A stretch of 64,000 bases of DNA from Patescibacteria group bacterium (GCA_041651355.1 JBAZJK010000001.1:485883-549882); one strand, 5' to 3'. Counted from the stretch's first letter, positions 44,455 through 53,115 are shown. The notes: generated by a model from the sequence alone, not told the origin. Translations and numbers: made by a program.

Positions 44455-45285
44455 TTAATCCGCTGACCAGCGCATCTTCTCTAAAGAAGGCGCAAAGCTG
44501 GCTAAATTCTTCTGTAAATCGCGATGAAGGCTTTTGTCAGCGGAAAACTGGGCATACTGATTGCCTAAAGATTCAATCAACTTCTTATAGACCCCCTTTT
44601 CCTTAGCTGACGGCTTACTATTCTCGGCTAAAGAATGTAATAAGTCATTTAACTCCGCTTTGCTCAAGGAAAAATAAAAAAGCGGGACATGCTCCAAACT
44701 GCGACTTGTCAGCTGGCCATCCTCCATAGCAGCGCCATATTTTATCCTGGCTCCACCCTTATCCATCTTATTTTTTATCTTAACAGCTTTTTTCTGGCTA
44801 CCGTCATCGCCGTCGCGCCCCAAAACATCGTCAATACCGCAGATAACCGCCCCGCTTTCCCGGTCGACTATTATATTATCAGCGCCATTTTCATAATCGT
44901 CATAATCAGAAGCCCTTAACACCGCGAACTTATCACCCAACACGCGATTAAAGAGCAAGGTGATACCCATCTCGGCTAAGTTAGCAGGGTCGCTTTCTTT
45001 CTTAATAGTCCATTCTTCCCAACTCAAGCCTTTTTCTTGGGCCCAGGCTCTTTCTTTGATATCAATATTCTTTTTATCATAATCAGCTTCAGAACCAGAC
45101 ATGATAATTTTGCCTTCAGTATCCATAAAACCTTTATAGCCCGGCTTTTCAGATAAAGCTCTCAGCGAAGCCTGCAAAGAACCAAGATAATATTCTGGTC
45201 TAGGTTCCAGGTTCTTTTTAGGTTCGAATTGCGATAAATCTATCTTATCGCCCGGACGCAGGCCCGGTAAATACTCAATGGACAT
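44455..45285 (-). CDS. hypothetical protein
   Basis: 276-aa soluble ORF with an acidic core (SDYDDYENGADNIIVDRESGAVICGIDDVLGRDGDDG). No family recognised. Confidence 0.45.
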   Translation of the reverse strand: MSIEYLPGLRPGDKIDLSQFEPKKNLEPRPEYYLGSLQASLRALSEKPGYKGFMDTEGKIIMSGSEADYDKKNIDIKERAWAQEKGLSWEEWTIKKESDPANLAEMGITLLFNRVLGDKFAVLRASDYDDYENGADNIIVDRESGAVICGIDDVLGRDGDDGSQKKAVKIKNKMDKGGARIKYGAAMEDGQLTSRSLEHVPLFYFSLSKAELNDLLHSLAENSKPSAKEKGVYKKLIESLGNQYAQFSADKSLHRDLQKNLASFAPSLEKMRWSAD

Positions 45286-45289
45286 AAGA

Positions 45290-45790
45290 TTATTTAAAAA
45301 ATATCGGAATCCTTAATTCATCATCATTTTCCGGCAGACCACTCGGATTATCTTTCTTGATTACCATATAACCGCTGGTCGCCTGGGTAGAAAAATTTAA
45401 ATTCGCCGTAAAAGGTACTAAATCGCTAGTCATCCAATCGCTTAAAGCCCGGGCAGGGACGGATACAATTTCCTGCCCCTGATTATCAAGCAGTTTAACC
45501 GGCAATGAAGCCTCAAAAAACCAGCTTCCCGGAGCTAAACCGCTAACTTCATAGGGGCTTAGAATAAGCTCGCTAGCCTGAGGCTTGACGATCCGCGGCT
45601 TAGACTCTGCGCTGATAACCGGGGTCGTACTAGCGGGCATTACCGGATTAGCCGGAACTTGTTCGACTACCTGAGGAACCCTAGGCTCCTGATTAACCGC
45701 TTTCTTCTTTGATCCGGCAACACGGAGTAAAAGAGCGCTAGCTAAGATGACGGCTAAGATTATTAAAGCAAATTTATGATCTTTAAACAT
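45290..45790 (-). CDS. secreted/anchored Gmad2 immunoglobulin-like domain protein
   Basis: N-terminal TM/signal segment. The C-terminus SGLAPGSWFFEASLPVKLLDNQGQEI...WMTSDLVPFTANLNF...KKDNPSGLPENDDELRIPIFF matches the Gmad2 pattern. Confidence 0.7.
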   Translation of the reverse strand: MFKDHKFALIILAVILASALLLRVAGSKKKAVNQEPRVPQVVEQVPANPVMPASTTPVISAESKPRIVKPQASELILSPYEVSGLAPGSWFFEASLPVKLLDNQGQEIVSVPARALSDWMTSDLVPFTANLNFSTQATSGYMVIKKDNPSGLPENDDELRIPIFFK

Positions 45791-45802
45791 AAAATTTACA
45801 AA

Positions 45803-45991
45803 CTAAAAATCAGACGGCCAATCCGGCTTATGTTTGGAACGGCGTTTATAGGCTTTAGCGCTAGCCTGTGTCTTTCCTTGCAATTTAACAGCGGCTGACA
45901 GGGAGCTTTCTCTTTTAAGTTTCTTTAGCACCTTCAATTTGTCTTGAGCGCTTAATTTGACGATTATATTGGTTGGGGCCATATCATTCAT
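45803..45991 (-). CDS. possible small basic protein (62 aa)
   Basis: This is the part of track ORF 45803..46126 that remains after removing the portion overlapping tRNA-Val. The product is MNDMAPTNIIVKLSAQDKLKVLKKLKRE...KAYKRRSKHKPDWPSDF. It is preceded by TGcTAGAAT (46001-45996). Confidence 0.3.
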   Translation of the reverse strand: MNDMAPTNIIVKLSAQDKLKVLKKLKRESSLSAAVKLQGKTQASAKAYKRRSKHKPDWPSDF

Positions 45992-46038
45992 CTTTATTCT
46001 AGCATATTTCTCTAAACTATCCACCCTTGACAGATAAC

Positions 46039-46060
46039 AAAAAGCCGCTCCCAAAGCGAC
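46039..46060 (-). terminator. terminator candidate after tRNA-Val
   Basis: Minus strand: GTCGCT-TTGGG-AGCGGC (one G-U) followed by T5. Confidence 0.4.
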
Positions 46061-46064
46061 GTCT

Positions 46065-46141
46065 TGGTGGTCGTTAGTGGGCTCGAACCACTGACCTCTG
46101 CGATGTGAACGCAGCGCTCTAACCAACTGAGCTAAACGACC
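46065..46141 (-). tRNA. tRNA-Val (anticodon CAC), CCA encoded
   Basis: Reverse complement: GGTCGTT-TA-GCTC-AGTTGGTTA-GAGC-G-CTGCG-TTCACAT-CGCAG-AGGTC-AGTGG-TTCGAGC-CCACT-AACGACC-ACCA. The cloverleaf is complete at 77 nt. Confidence 0.92.
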
Positions 46142-46191
46142 TTATGCTAAAACAATAAGATAAATCCTCGCCAGCGTCAATATTACCATCT

Positions 46192-46218
46192 AAAAAAGAG
46201 CCTTATTTTCTAAGGCTC
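46192..46218 (-). terminator. rho-independent terminator after the HD-domain gene
   Basis: Minus strand: GAGCCTTA-gaaaa-TAAGGCTC (8-bp stem) followed by T6. Confidence 0.65.
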
Positions 46219-46225
46219 AAACTTT

Positions 46226-46891
46226 TTAAGGCTCTGTCCTAAGGCTTTCCGCCCAGACTAGCTCAGCTGTTCCTTGCTTATATATCTCTTCCCAAGCAAA
46301 CAACTGGCAGGCTTCCCGGAAAATGTCATAATAGCGCTGGATTAAAGGATGATGAAAATGGGTCACCAAGGTTTGCATGATGTCGCGATAGTAGGTAGCC
46401 ATGAGCTCTTCGGAAACCCCGAAAATCTCCCAGATCCTCATCTTCTTATGCTTATAATCTTCAACCAGAGAAAAAAGGTTGTGGACTTGGTTAGCGGCGA
46501 AGATTATCTTAGCCGGCGGACTCAGGCGATGGAAATCACCCAAGGCTTCATACTTGCTACTGCGCCAATCAAGCAATGCACCGTTCTGGGAATCACGGTA
46601 ATGGCTGATTTCATCGACCAGCCTGGCAGCCGAGATGCCGATCATGAGGACGAGATCCGTGTAATCATAAATCTGTCCGGGATCTTTAGCATCCGGCTTA
46701 GGGATTTCTTTCTTGAAGAAATCATGGAAAAGGGCGGCGACTTGGGTGCTAACATCGTCGCTGTGATCCTTGACGATCAAGAAGACGCTAAAAGAATGGG
46801 TAATGTAGGGCAAATCGCTGCCTTCGCGCTTGATGCCATCATAAATACGGGTAGCCAAATTAATAGCTTGCAAGACCTCTAGGTTTATCAT
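46226..46891 (-). CDS. HD-domain phosphohydrolase (RelA/SpoT-type HD_4-like)
   Basis: AINLATRIYDGIKREGSDLPYITHSFSVFLIV...QVAALFHDFF resembles the SpoT/Mesh1 hydrolase N-terminus (H...HD). The usual ED after HD is absent. Confidence 0.6.
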   Translation of the reverse strand: MINLEVLQAINLATRIYDGIKREGSDLPYITHSFSVFLIVKDHSDDVSTQVAALFHDFFKKEIPKPDAKDPGQIYDYTDLVLMIGISAARLVDEISHYRDSQNGALLDWRSSKYEALGDFHRLSPPAKIIFAANQVHNLFSLVEDYKHKKMRIWEIFGVSEELMATYYRDIMQTLVTHFHHPLIQRYYDIFREACQLFAWEEIYKQGTAELVWAESLRTEP

Positions 46892-46929
46892 GCTTATCGG
46901 TTTTAAGGTGATTGATTTTAAAATAACGG

Positions 46930-47013
46930 TGCCCGAAGAGGGACTCGAACCCTCACGGAGTTGCCTCCACAGCGCTCTGAACGCTGCGTGTCTACCAATT
47001 TCACCATCCGGGC
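46930..47013 (-). tRNA. tRNA-Leu (anticodon CAG), long variable arm, CCA not encoded
   Basis: Reverse complement: GCCCGGA...CAGCG-TTCAGAG-CGCTG-TGGAGGCAACTCCGT-GAGGG-TTCGAGT-CCCTC-TTCGGGC-A (84 nt). Confidence 0.9.
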
Positions 47014-47049
47014 TGTCTCTGTGACTTTTTCAGCTTGCCATAAAAAAAA

Positions 47050-47079
47050 TTGCTTGTAAAGTAAGCAAAATGCTACAAT
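47050..47079 (+). promoter_or_regulatory. extended -10 promoter abutting the rnhB start (possible leaderless mRNA)
   Basis: TTGCTT (47050-47055), 18 nt, TGc-TACAAT (47074-47079), then ATAAGC, then ATG at 47086. Confidence 0.45.
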
Positions 47080-47085
47080 ATAAGC

Positions 47086-47730
47086 ATGTTGGATCTAAAA
47101 ACCGAAAAAAAATATTTTGACCTAGGATACAGATATGTCGCCGGCTTAGATGAGGCTGGACGCGGCCCCTTAGCCGGCCCGGTTGTAGCGGCTTGCGTGA
47201 TTATCGACCAAGATTTTTCCCTAGATGATCCAGAGCTAAGCTTAGTGGCTGATTCTATAAAGCTCAGTGCCAAGCAGCGGGAAAAGTTGTTTGCCGTCAT
47301 CAAAGCAAAAGTTAAAGCAGTGGAAATCGGCGTAGTCGACAATCTGACGATCGATAAGATAAATATCCTCCAGGCCAGCTTCTTGGCTATGCGCCACGCC
47401 TTAAAAAAAATCCCGCTCCAGCCGGATTACATTCTATTAGACGGTCCTTTTAAAATTCCCAAAATAAGCCAGCCGCAAACCGCTGTCATCAAGGGTGACA
47501 GCCAGATATTCTGTGTTGCCGCCGCTTCTATCATCGCTAAAGTCAGCCGCGATTATATGATGTCGGAATTGGCTAAAAGCTACCCCCAATATGCTTTTGA
47601 GAAACACAAGGGCTACGGCACCAAGCTTCATCTGGAAAGGATCGCCCAATATGGTCCCTGCCCCATCCATCGCTTCAGCTTCGCACCCCTGAAAAATCCT
47701 CAAGACAAAGACTTAAATAAATCGAGATAA
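47086..47730 (+). CDS. rnhB: ribonuclease HII
   Basis: YVAGLDEAGRGPLAGPVVAACV, DSKLSAKQRE-like (DSIKLSAKQRE) and KGDS...VAAASIIAK. Confidence 0.9.
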   Translation: MLDLKTEKKYFDLGYRYVAGLDEAGRGPLAGPVVAACVIIDQDFSLDDPELSLVADSIKLSAKQREKLFAVIKAKVKAVEIGVVDNLTIDKINILQASFLAMRHALKKIPLQPDYILLDGPFKIPKISQPQTAVIKGDSQIFCVAAASIIAKVSRDYMMSELAKSYPQYAFEKHKGYGTKLHLERIAQYGPCPIHRFSFAPLKNPQDKDLNKSR

Positions 47731-48842
47731 GCGCGTGCGCTCCCAGACCAAGAAAACTCAGCGACTTGCTGTTTAGCCTGCCCGATAAGAGCGTCTCGCA
47801 ATGTGGTATCACTCAGCCCTAAACCCAAGGCTTTAGCTAATTGAGGAATATTATAGGGATCAATACTCAAGACGGCTTTCCCGCCAACTTCGGGTAGACT
47901 AGAAACATTAGAACAGACGACCGGCAAATTATAACTCAAGGCTTCTAAGGGCGGAAAACCGAAGCCTTCATAAAAAGAAGGATATACGAATAAGCCCGCC
48001 CTTAGATACAAGCAGGCTTTATCCGTCTCTGATACATAACCTAATAACCTAATATCATTTTTATAAGATGATCCCTGCCAGGCGGCGCGGATCTCTTTTG
48101 TTTTCCAGGCATCAGCTCCGGCTATGACTAAGAGTTCGGACCGGTCAGGATTATTCGCCCGGAATAACTCATAGGCCCTGATTAGGCCCAAGATATTCTT
48201 CCTCGGCTCGACATTGCCTAGATATAAGATATAAGGCGAAGATAACTTATGGATTTTCAAAAACTCCGTGATAGCCTCGGACCTAAGCTCGCTGGCCCGG
48301 CGGTTAAGACCGGAGTGTACCACGGAAATTTTATCCGCTCCAAGCCCCAGAAGCTCTATTAGGTCCTGACGTGTATTCTCTGATACGGCCACCACTCGGT
48401 CAGCCCTTTCAATCAGCCGCTTAACTGCTAAGGCTCGATGCCAAATATTCTTCCGACCGGAAAAGAATTCAGGGTATCGCAAGAATGACAGGTCATGGAC
48501 GGTCAGGACAAACTTCGTCTGAGGCGACAAGGCGCAAAAATTAAGATGGGGAGCGAAAAATAAATCACAACCGCCAATCAGCTGATCGATTTTAGGATAA
48601 GCTAATAATTTTTGCCCCAAGTAATTAAAAATCTTATTGGGATAGCGGCTAGCGATAATCTTGACTCCCGGACGCTTTAAAAAATCCAAGCGACCGCTGA
48701 GGTCACGCCAAGAATTATAAAAAAGGCGGTATTCGTTATCAGGGTCGAGCTCAAAAAGCGCGGCCAAAAGATTGGCCGCGTATTCGGAAACACCACTATA
48801 ATGCTTATCCATGAGAACCCTGGCATCGAAACCGATAATCAT
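47700..48842 (-). CDS. glycosyltransferase family 4 (GT-B)
   Basis: EGFGFPPLEALSYNLPVVCSNVSSLPEV. It is a paralog of 29658..30866. Confidence 0.8.
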   Translation of the reverse strand: MIIGFDARVLMDKHYSGVSEYAANLLAALFELDPDNEYRLFYNSWRDLSGRLDFLKRPGVKIIASRYPNKIFNYLGQKLLAYPKIDQLIGGCDLFFAPHLNFCALSPQTKFVLTVHDLSFLRYPEFFSGRKNIWHRALAVKRLIERADRVVAVSENTRQDLIELLGLGADKISVVHSGLNRRASELRSEAITEFLKIHKLSSPYILYLGNVEPRKNILGLIRAYELFRANNPDRSELLVIAGADAWKTKEIRAAWQGSSYKNDIRLLGYVSETDKACLYLRAGLFVYPSFYEGFGFPPLEALSYNLPVVCSNVSSLPEVGGKAVLSIDPYNIPQLAKALGLGLSDTTLRDALIGQAKQQVAEFSWSGSARAYLDLFKSLS

Positions 48843-48846
48843 AAGC

Positions 48847-50151
48847 TTAATCCAAAGACTTAATTTCTTCTTGGCCGCTGGCCATATCCTTTATTTTATA
48901 AACACTCTGGTTCTTTTCTTCGCCGCCGAAGATAATTACCTTGTCGATACCGCTCTTATTGGCGTACTCCAAGGCTTTGCCTAATTTCTGTTCTTCCAAA
49001 CCCAAAACTATGTTTAATCCTGAGATTCTTAAGCTCTTAGCTAGCCTCTTCACTTCTAAGGTGAGACTAACATCTAAAAGAGGCAAATAATATCTAACGG
49101 GCGCAAATTTTTTCAAACCGGGTATCAGCCCCCAGCTATCTAAGAACAAGCGAGTCGTTTCGTCACCTGGAGCGAAGCCGACCGCCGGAAAACTTGCCCC
49201 GCCGAAAATATCTGCTAGGCCGTTATAGCGGCCGCCGCCGAACATCGCCCGATTATTTTCGGGATTATTGTCGAACACCTCGAAAATAAGGCCATCATAA
49301 TAATCAAAACCACGAATAACAGCTGGATTGAATTTAACATAATCGCCATAGGATAAATCAGTTAGCTCCTTGATCACTTTTTCGAGCTCTAAATAGGCTG
49401 GATTATCTTTTAGAACCGGCAAAACTTCGCCCAGATCCTCTAAACTTCGGCTCCCGATAAACTTATCAAGGTCGCTGATAGCCTCAGCTTTCAAGCCGGC
49501 TTCACTTAAGCGGGCTCGAAAATCTTCCTGGCTAAGCTTATTAAATTTATCCAGGGTACGGACTACCTCGAGCTTGGTCTCGGCCAATTTCTCAGCGGGC
49601 ACGTCTTTTAAAGCTATATCCAAGACAGCCTCAATCAAACGCCGACTGTTTAGGTTCAAGGAAAAAGAATCTTTCGGAGGATTGAACTCCAACATTAAAT
49701 CCAAGGCTAATTGTAAAATTTCCAGATCAGCACTTAAAGCAGAGCTACCGAAAGTATCGCAATTAAGTTGCCAGAACTCCCGATTGCGGCCACGTTGCGG
49801 CTTCTCGTTACGCATGAAATTAGCGATGGAGAAATACTTCAAAGGCTTAGGAGAAGAAGCATATATCTTAGACACCATGCGCGTCACTGAGGGCGTCATC
49901 TCCGGCCGGATTGACAGCTCCCGTCCACCCAGGTCGGTAAAGGTAACCAATTCTTTGCCGCCGACATCTTCTCCGGACTTAGCACGATAGACTTCGGCGC
50001 TTTCGACTAAAGGGGTCATGTATTCTTCGAAGCCGTAGCGCAGGCAGACTCGCCGCCAAGTATCAAAAATATATTTTCTAATTAAAAACTCCTCAGGCAG
50101 CCAGTCCCGAGTTCCTTTCGGCTCTTGGTTGGAGATAATCTTGTTTGACAT
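48847..50151 (-). CDS. hisS: histidine--tRNA ligase
   Basis: PKGTRDWLPEE, class II motifs (FRNEKPQRGRNREFWQ, GGGRYNGL) and an anticodon-binding C-terminus. Start set at ATG 50151. Confidence 0.9.
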   Translation of the reverse strand: MSNKIISNQEPKGTRDWLPEEFLIRKYIFDTWRRVCLRYGFEEYMTPLVESAEVYRAKSGEDVGGKELVTFTDLGGRELSIRPEMTPSVTRMVSKIYASSPKPLKYFSIANFMRNEKPQRGRNREFWQLNCDTFGSSALSADLEILQLALDLMLEFNPPKDSFSLNLNSRRLIEAVLDIALKDVPAEKLAETKLEVVRTLDKFNKLSQEDFRARLSEAGLKAEAISDLDKFIGSRSLEDLGEVLPVLKDNPAYLELEKVIKELTDLSYGDYVKFNPAVIRGFDYYDGLIFEVFDNNPENNRAMFGGGRYNGLADIFGGASFPAVGFAPGDETTRLFLDSWGLIPGLKKFAPVRYYLPLLDVSLTLEVKRLAKSLRISGLNIVLGLEEQKLGKALEYANKSGIDKVIIFGGEEKNQSVYKIKDMASGQEEIKSLD

Positions 50152-50244
50152 ATTTATCCTAAAATTAAATAAATTTAACCAACATAAAATCAATTTAATC
50201 TTACAATACTTAGTAAAATTAATCAACTTGCCAGCCGCGCCAGG

Positions 50245-50263
50245 AGTTTAGAAAAAGTTTAGA
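50245..50263 (+). promoter_or_regulatory. direct-repeat candidate response-regulator binding site
   Basis: AGTTTAGA (50245-50252), aaa, AGTTTAGA (50256-50263), giving an 11-bp period. An inverted copy TCTAAAC lies at 50304-50310. TATAAT is at 50285-50290. Confidence 0.45.
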
Positions 50264-50319
50264 TAAAATTTAAAGCCCAAATTATATAATTTACTTATAT
50301 TTATCTAAACAACAAAAAT

Positions 50320-51003
50320 ATGCGCATCCTTATCATCGAGGACGACCAGGAAATCCGGGATTTCCTAAAATCTAACTTAGCCACCGAACTTTTCGCAGTC
50401 GACGTAGCGGCTGACGGCGAACAAGGTCTAAGCTTGGCGCGCAGCAATGATTATGACCTAATCATTCTGGATTATGTCTTGCCCAGGCTCAATGGCGCCC
50501 AAATCTTAGCTAGCTTGAGACGCGACCAGAATCAGGTGCCGGTTATCATCCTTAGCGTAAAGTCGGAATTTAACACCAAGAAAGAACTATACACGTTGGG
50601 AGCGGATGATTATCTGACCAAGCCCTTTCTCTTCCAAGAGTTAAAACTAAAGATTAGGGCCTTGCTTAAGCGTCCGCCGCAGATACAGAGCCAGACGATC
50701 AAGGTTGATAATTTAATTATCGACCTGGACCAGCAAACGGTTAGGCGTGGCGGCCGGACTATCTATCTTACCCGCAAAGAATTCATGCTCCTGGAATACT
50801 TCATGAAAAATCGAGGCCGGGTCCTGACACGAGGCATAATCCTAGAGCATGCTTGGGATATAAACTCCGACCCCTTCTCTAATTCCCTGGAAACCCACAT
50901 CGCTAGCTTGAGGAAAAAACTTAATTCCGGTAATAATAAGAACCTTATCCATACTTTTCACGGCCGCGGATATAAATTTGATCTCAAAAAACTCAAGATT
51001 TAG
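50320..51003 (+). CDS. OmpR/PhoB-family response regulator (REC + winged helix), no cognate kinase adjacent
   Basis: MRILIIEDDQEIRDFL, DLIILDYVLP (phospho-Asp), and a winged-helix C-terminus (LTRKEFMLLEYFMKNRGRVLTR...FHGRGYKF). Confidence 0.85.
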   Translation: MRILIIEDDQEIRDFLKSNLATELFAVDVAADGEQGLSLARSNDYDLIILDYVLPRLNGAQILASLRRDQNQVPVIILSVKSEFNTKKELYTLGADDYLTKPFLFQELKLKIRALLKRPPQIQSQTIKVDNLIIDLDQQTVRRGGRTIYLTRKEFMLLEYFMKNRGRVLTRGIILEHAWDINSDPFSNSLETHIASLRKKLNSGNNKNLIHTFHGRGYKFDLKKLKI

Positions 51004-52174
51004 GGATAAACTTCTTGTCTTTTATCTTTTCCGGTAAATATGTCTGATCTTTTTCTTTAGTTAAAGGAGTGTACTTATAATCGCGGCCATATCCTAAATC
51101 TTTCATAAGCTTGGTCGGGGCGTTCCGTAGATGCAAAGGCACGGGTAGATTGCCGCTCTCGGCAACCTCTTGTTTAGCCGCTTCATAAGCCTGATAGACG
51201 GCGATGCTTTTGGGCGATTTAGCTAAATAGACTGCAGCTTGGGCTAAATTAACGCCGCACTCAGGCAGGCCTATTTTCTGGCAAGCGTCATAGGCGGCAT
51301 TAGCTAAGAGCAAAGCGCTGTTGTTAGCTAGCCCGATGTCCTCGCTAGCGAAACGGATCAGCCTCCGAGCGATATACAGAGGATCCTCTCCGGCCTCGAT
51401 CATCCGTACTAGATAATATAAGGCGGCATCGGCATCATGGCCGCGCAAGGATTTATGCAAAGCGGAAATCAGATTATAATGTTCTTCCCCGTCTTTATCA
51501 TAGAGAAGATTCGGCTTATTAATGATTTCCTTAACCAACTTCGAGGAAATATTCCGGCTCTGAGCCGCGGCGCTTTCCAGGATATTCAAAGCTCGCCGGG
51601 CATCCCCGTTAGCTAACCTAGCTATCAAGCTAGACACATCGGGTTTAAGTTTTAATTTTAAATTTAAGGCGGCTCGATCAGCGATTACTTCTAAATCTTT
51701 ATCTAAAAGCCTTTCCAGAACGACTACTTTTAAGCGTGAGAGCAAGGCGCCGTTGACTGCAAAACTAGGATTTTCCGTGGTTGCCCCGATCAGGATTACG
51801 ATGCCGTTTTCAACTTGGGGTAGCAGAGCGTCTTGTTGCGCTTTGTTCCACCGATGAATTTCATCGATGAATAAGATTGTCTTCTGTCCTAAGCGCTTAG
51901 CGCTTTTCGCTCGGTCGACGATTAGCTTCAAATCTTTAACACCGCTGCTAGTCGCGCTTAGTTCCACGAATTCAGCCTTGGTTTCCTTGGCGATGATAAG
52001 AGCCAGAGTCGTCTTACCGCTCCCTGGTGGCCCCCAAAACAAAAGCGAAGGCACCCGATCGCCTTTTATCGCCTGATACAACCAGGACTTATTATTTATA
52101 ATTTTTTCCTGGCCGACAAATTCCTGCAGATCTTTAGGGCGGAAACGGGCGGCCAAAGGAGTTGAATCTAGCAT
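50993..52174 (-). CDS. rarA: replication-associated recombination protein A (AAA+ ATPase)
   Basis: LAARFRPKDLQEFVGQ, Walker A GPPGSGKTT, Walker B FIDEIHRWNK and a MgsA C-terminal domain. Confidence 0.9.
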   Translation of the reverse strand: MLDSTPLAARFRPKDLQEFVGQEKIINNKSWLYQAIKGDRVPSLLFWGPPGSGKTTLALIIAKETKAEFVELSATSSGVKDLKLIVDRAKSAKRLGQKTILFIDEIHRWNKAQQDALLPQVENGIVILIGATTENPSFAVNGALLSRLKVVVLERLLDKDLEVIADRAALNLKLKLKPDVSSLIARLANGDARRALNILESAAAQSRNISSKLVKEIINKPNLLYDKDGEEHYNLISALHKSLRGHDADAALYYLVRMIEAGEDPLYIARRLIRFASEDIGLANNSALLLANAAYDACQKIGLPECGVNLAQAAVYLAKSPKSIAVYQAYEAAKQEVAESGNLPVPLHLRNAPTKLMKDLGYGRDYKYTPLTKEKDQTYLPEKIKDKKFIPKS

Positions 52175-52213
52175 AATGATTTAATTTTAAACCTTTTTAC
52201 ACTTTTCTCCAAC

Positions 52214-52242
52214 TTGACAAGCAGCTGATTTAATAATTAAAT
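52214..52242 (+). promoter_or_regulatory. sigma70-like promoter in the rarA / SdpI-like intergenic region
   Basis: TTGACA (52214-52219), 17 nt, TTAAAT (52237-52242). A TATAAT follows at 52245-52250. Confidence 0.4.
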
Positions 52243-52248
52243 GCTATA

Positions 52249-52424
52249 ATTAGATGGAACCTTAAACAAAAAACCGGATGAAAAAAATCAAAAATCTCAT
52301 TCTGCTCTTAATGTGGATCAAAAGCATCCAAACTAAAAACAAAAGAAGCCTAACCACAAAAATTGGAATCCGGCTCCAGAAACACTAAAAACAAAAAGCC
52401 CCCAACAAACGGGGCTCTTTTATT
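52249..52424 (+). ncRNA. candidate orphan ~175-nt transcript (sRNA or 36-codon small ORF)
   Basis: It is bounded by the promoter above and the hairpin/T-run at 52397-52424. It is A-rich and contains ATG 52278 (MKKIKNLILLLMWIKSIQTKNKRSLTTKIGIRLQKH). Pairings present: TGGAT/ATCCA and CCGGAT/ATCCGG. No known RNA family recognised. Confidence 0.25.
52397..52424. terminator. bidirectional rho-independent terminator
   Basis: AAAAA-GCCCC(C)-aacaaac-GGGGC-TCTTTTATT. An A-run precedes it and a T-rich tract follows. Confidence 0.6.
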
Positions 52425-52445
52425 AGGCAAACAAATAAGGCTAAG

Positions 52446-53105
52446 CTACTTTCTTTCCTGACGGTATAAAATATAAGAATATACTGGTAGCGGGAATACT
52501 AATATAGCGATCGCCAAGAAAAAAACCAGCTGCTTCCAAAACAGCAGCAAGAAGCCGCTAGTAGCTATCAGCAGGCCGGAAATAATGAAAATCGGACGAG
52601 CCAAAAGATGCGTCTTAAGCCAGACCCTTTCTGAAGACAGAGTCCAGGGAGTCCGGATGCCGATAAACCAATTAGGCTTTAAATTATGCAAGAAGAGGCC
52701 GATGATGGCAATGAAACCTCCGATGATAAGAGGTATATAGACAGCGAGATTTATTTGGTAGCCTAAAGCGGCTAAGTTGCTAAGTATATAGACAACAAAT
52801 AATAAACTGACTAGCAAATCTTTAAAATAATGATAATTCCGGCTGAAAGACTGATACTGGTCTCGCTTCGGATCAAACTTAGGCAAGAAAAGGAGTAAAA
52901 GGTAGAGGGCGATACTTAAGATAGGCAAAAACCAGGCGGCCATCGCCGGGCTGCTGTAAGAATCAGCCTGACCAGACCAATCCCAGTGGATAGGGGCCTT
53001 AGCCGGAAGGCGAGAATAAAAGAAGAGAGCAGCCACTAAAAGCAGTAAATTGATGGCGACGGCATACCATTCGGTCCGAAAACTAGGTTTAAGCGGGTTG
53101 GGCAT
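52446..53105 (-). CDS. SdpI/YhfL-family membrane protein (DUF1648 + SdpI)
   Basis: PIHWDWSGQADSYSS (DUF1648-like) and NWFIGIRTPWTLSSERVWLKTH (SdpI signature). Confidence 0.65.
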   Translation of the reverse strand: MPNPLKPSFRTEWYAVAINLLLLVAALFFYSRLPAKAPIHWDWSGQADSYSSPAMAAWFLPILSIALYLLLLFLPKFDPKRDQYQSFSRNYHYFKDLLVSLLFVVYILSNLAALGYQINLAVYIPLIIGGFIAIIGLFLHNLKPNWFIGIRTPWTLSSERVWLKTHLLARPIFIISGLLIATSGFLLLFWKQLVFFLAIAILVFPLPVYSYILYRQERK

Positions 53106-53115
53106 ATATTTAAAT

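Noticed and set aside
45992-46126. N-terminal 45 codons of track ORF 45803..46126
   Set aside because: This part overlaps a perfect tRNA-Val cloverleaf (46065..46141) and its terminator on the same strand, so it is spurious.
46349-46882. 177-aa plus-strand ORF
   Set aside because: It is fully antisense to the HD-domain gene, which has a recognisable H...HD motif. It is a shadow ORF.
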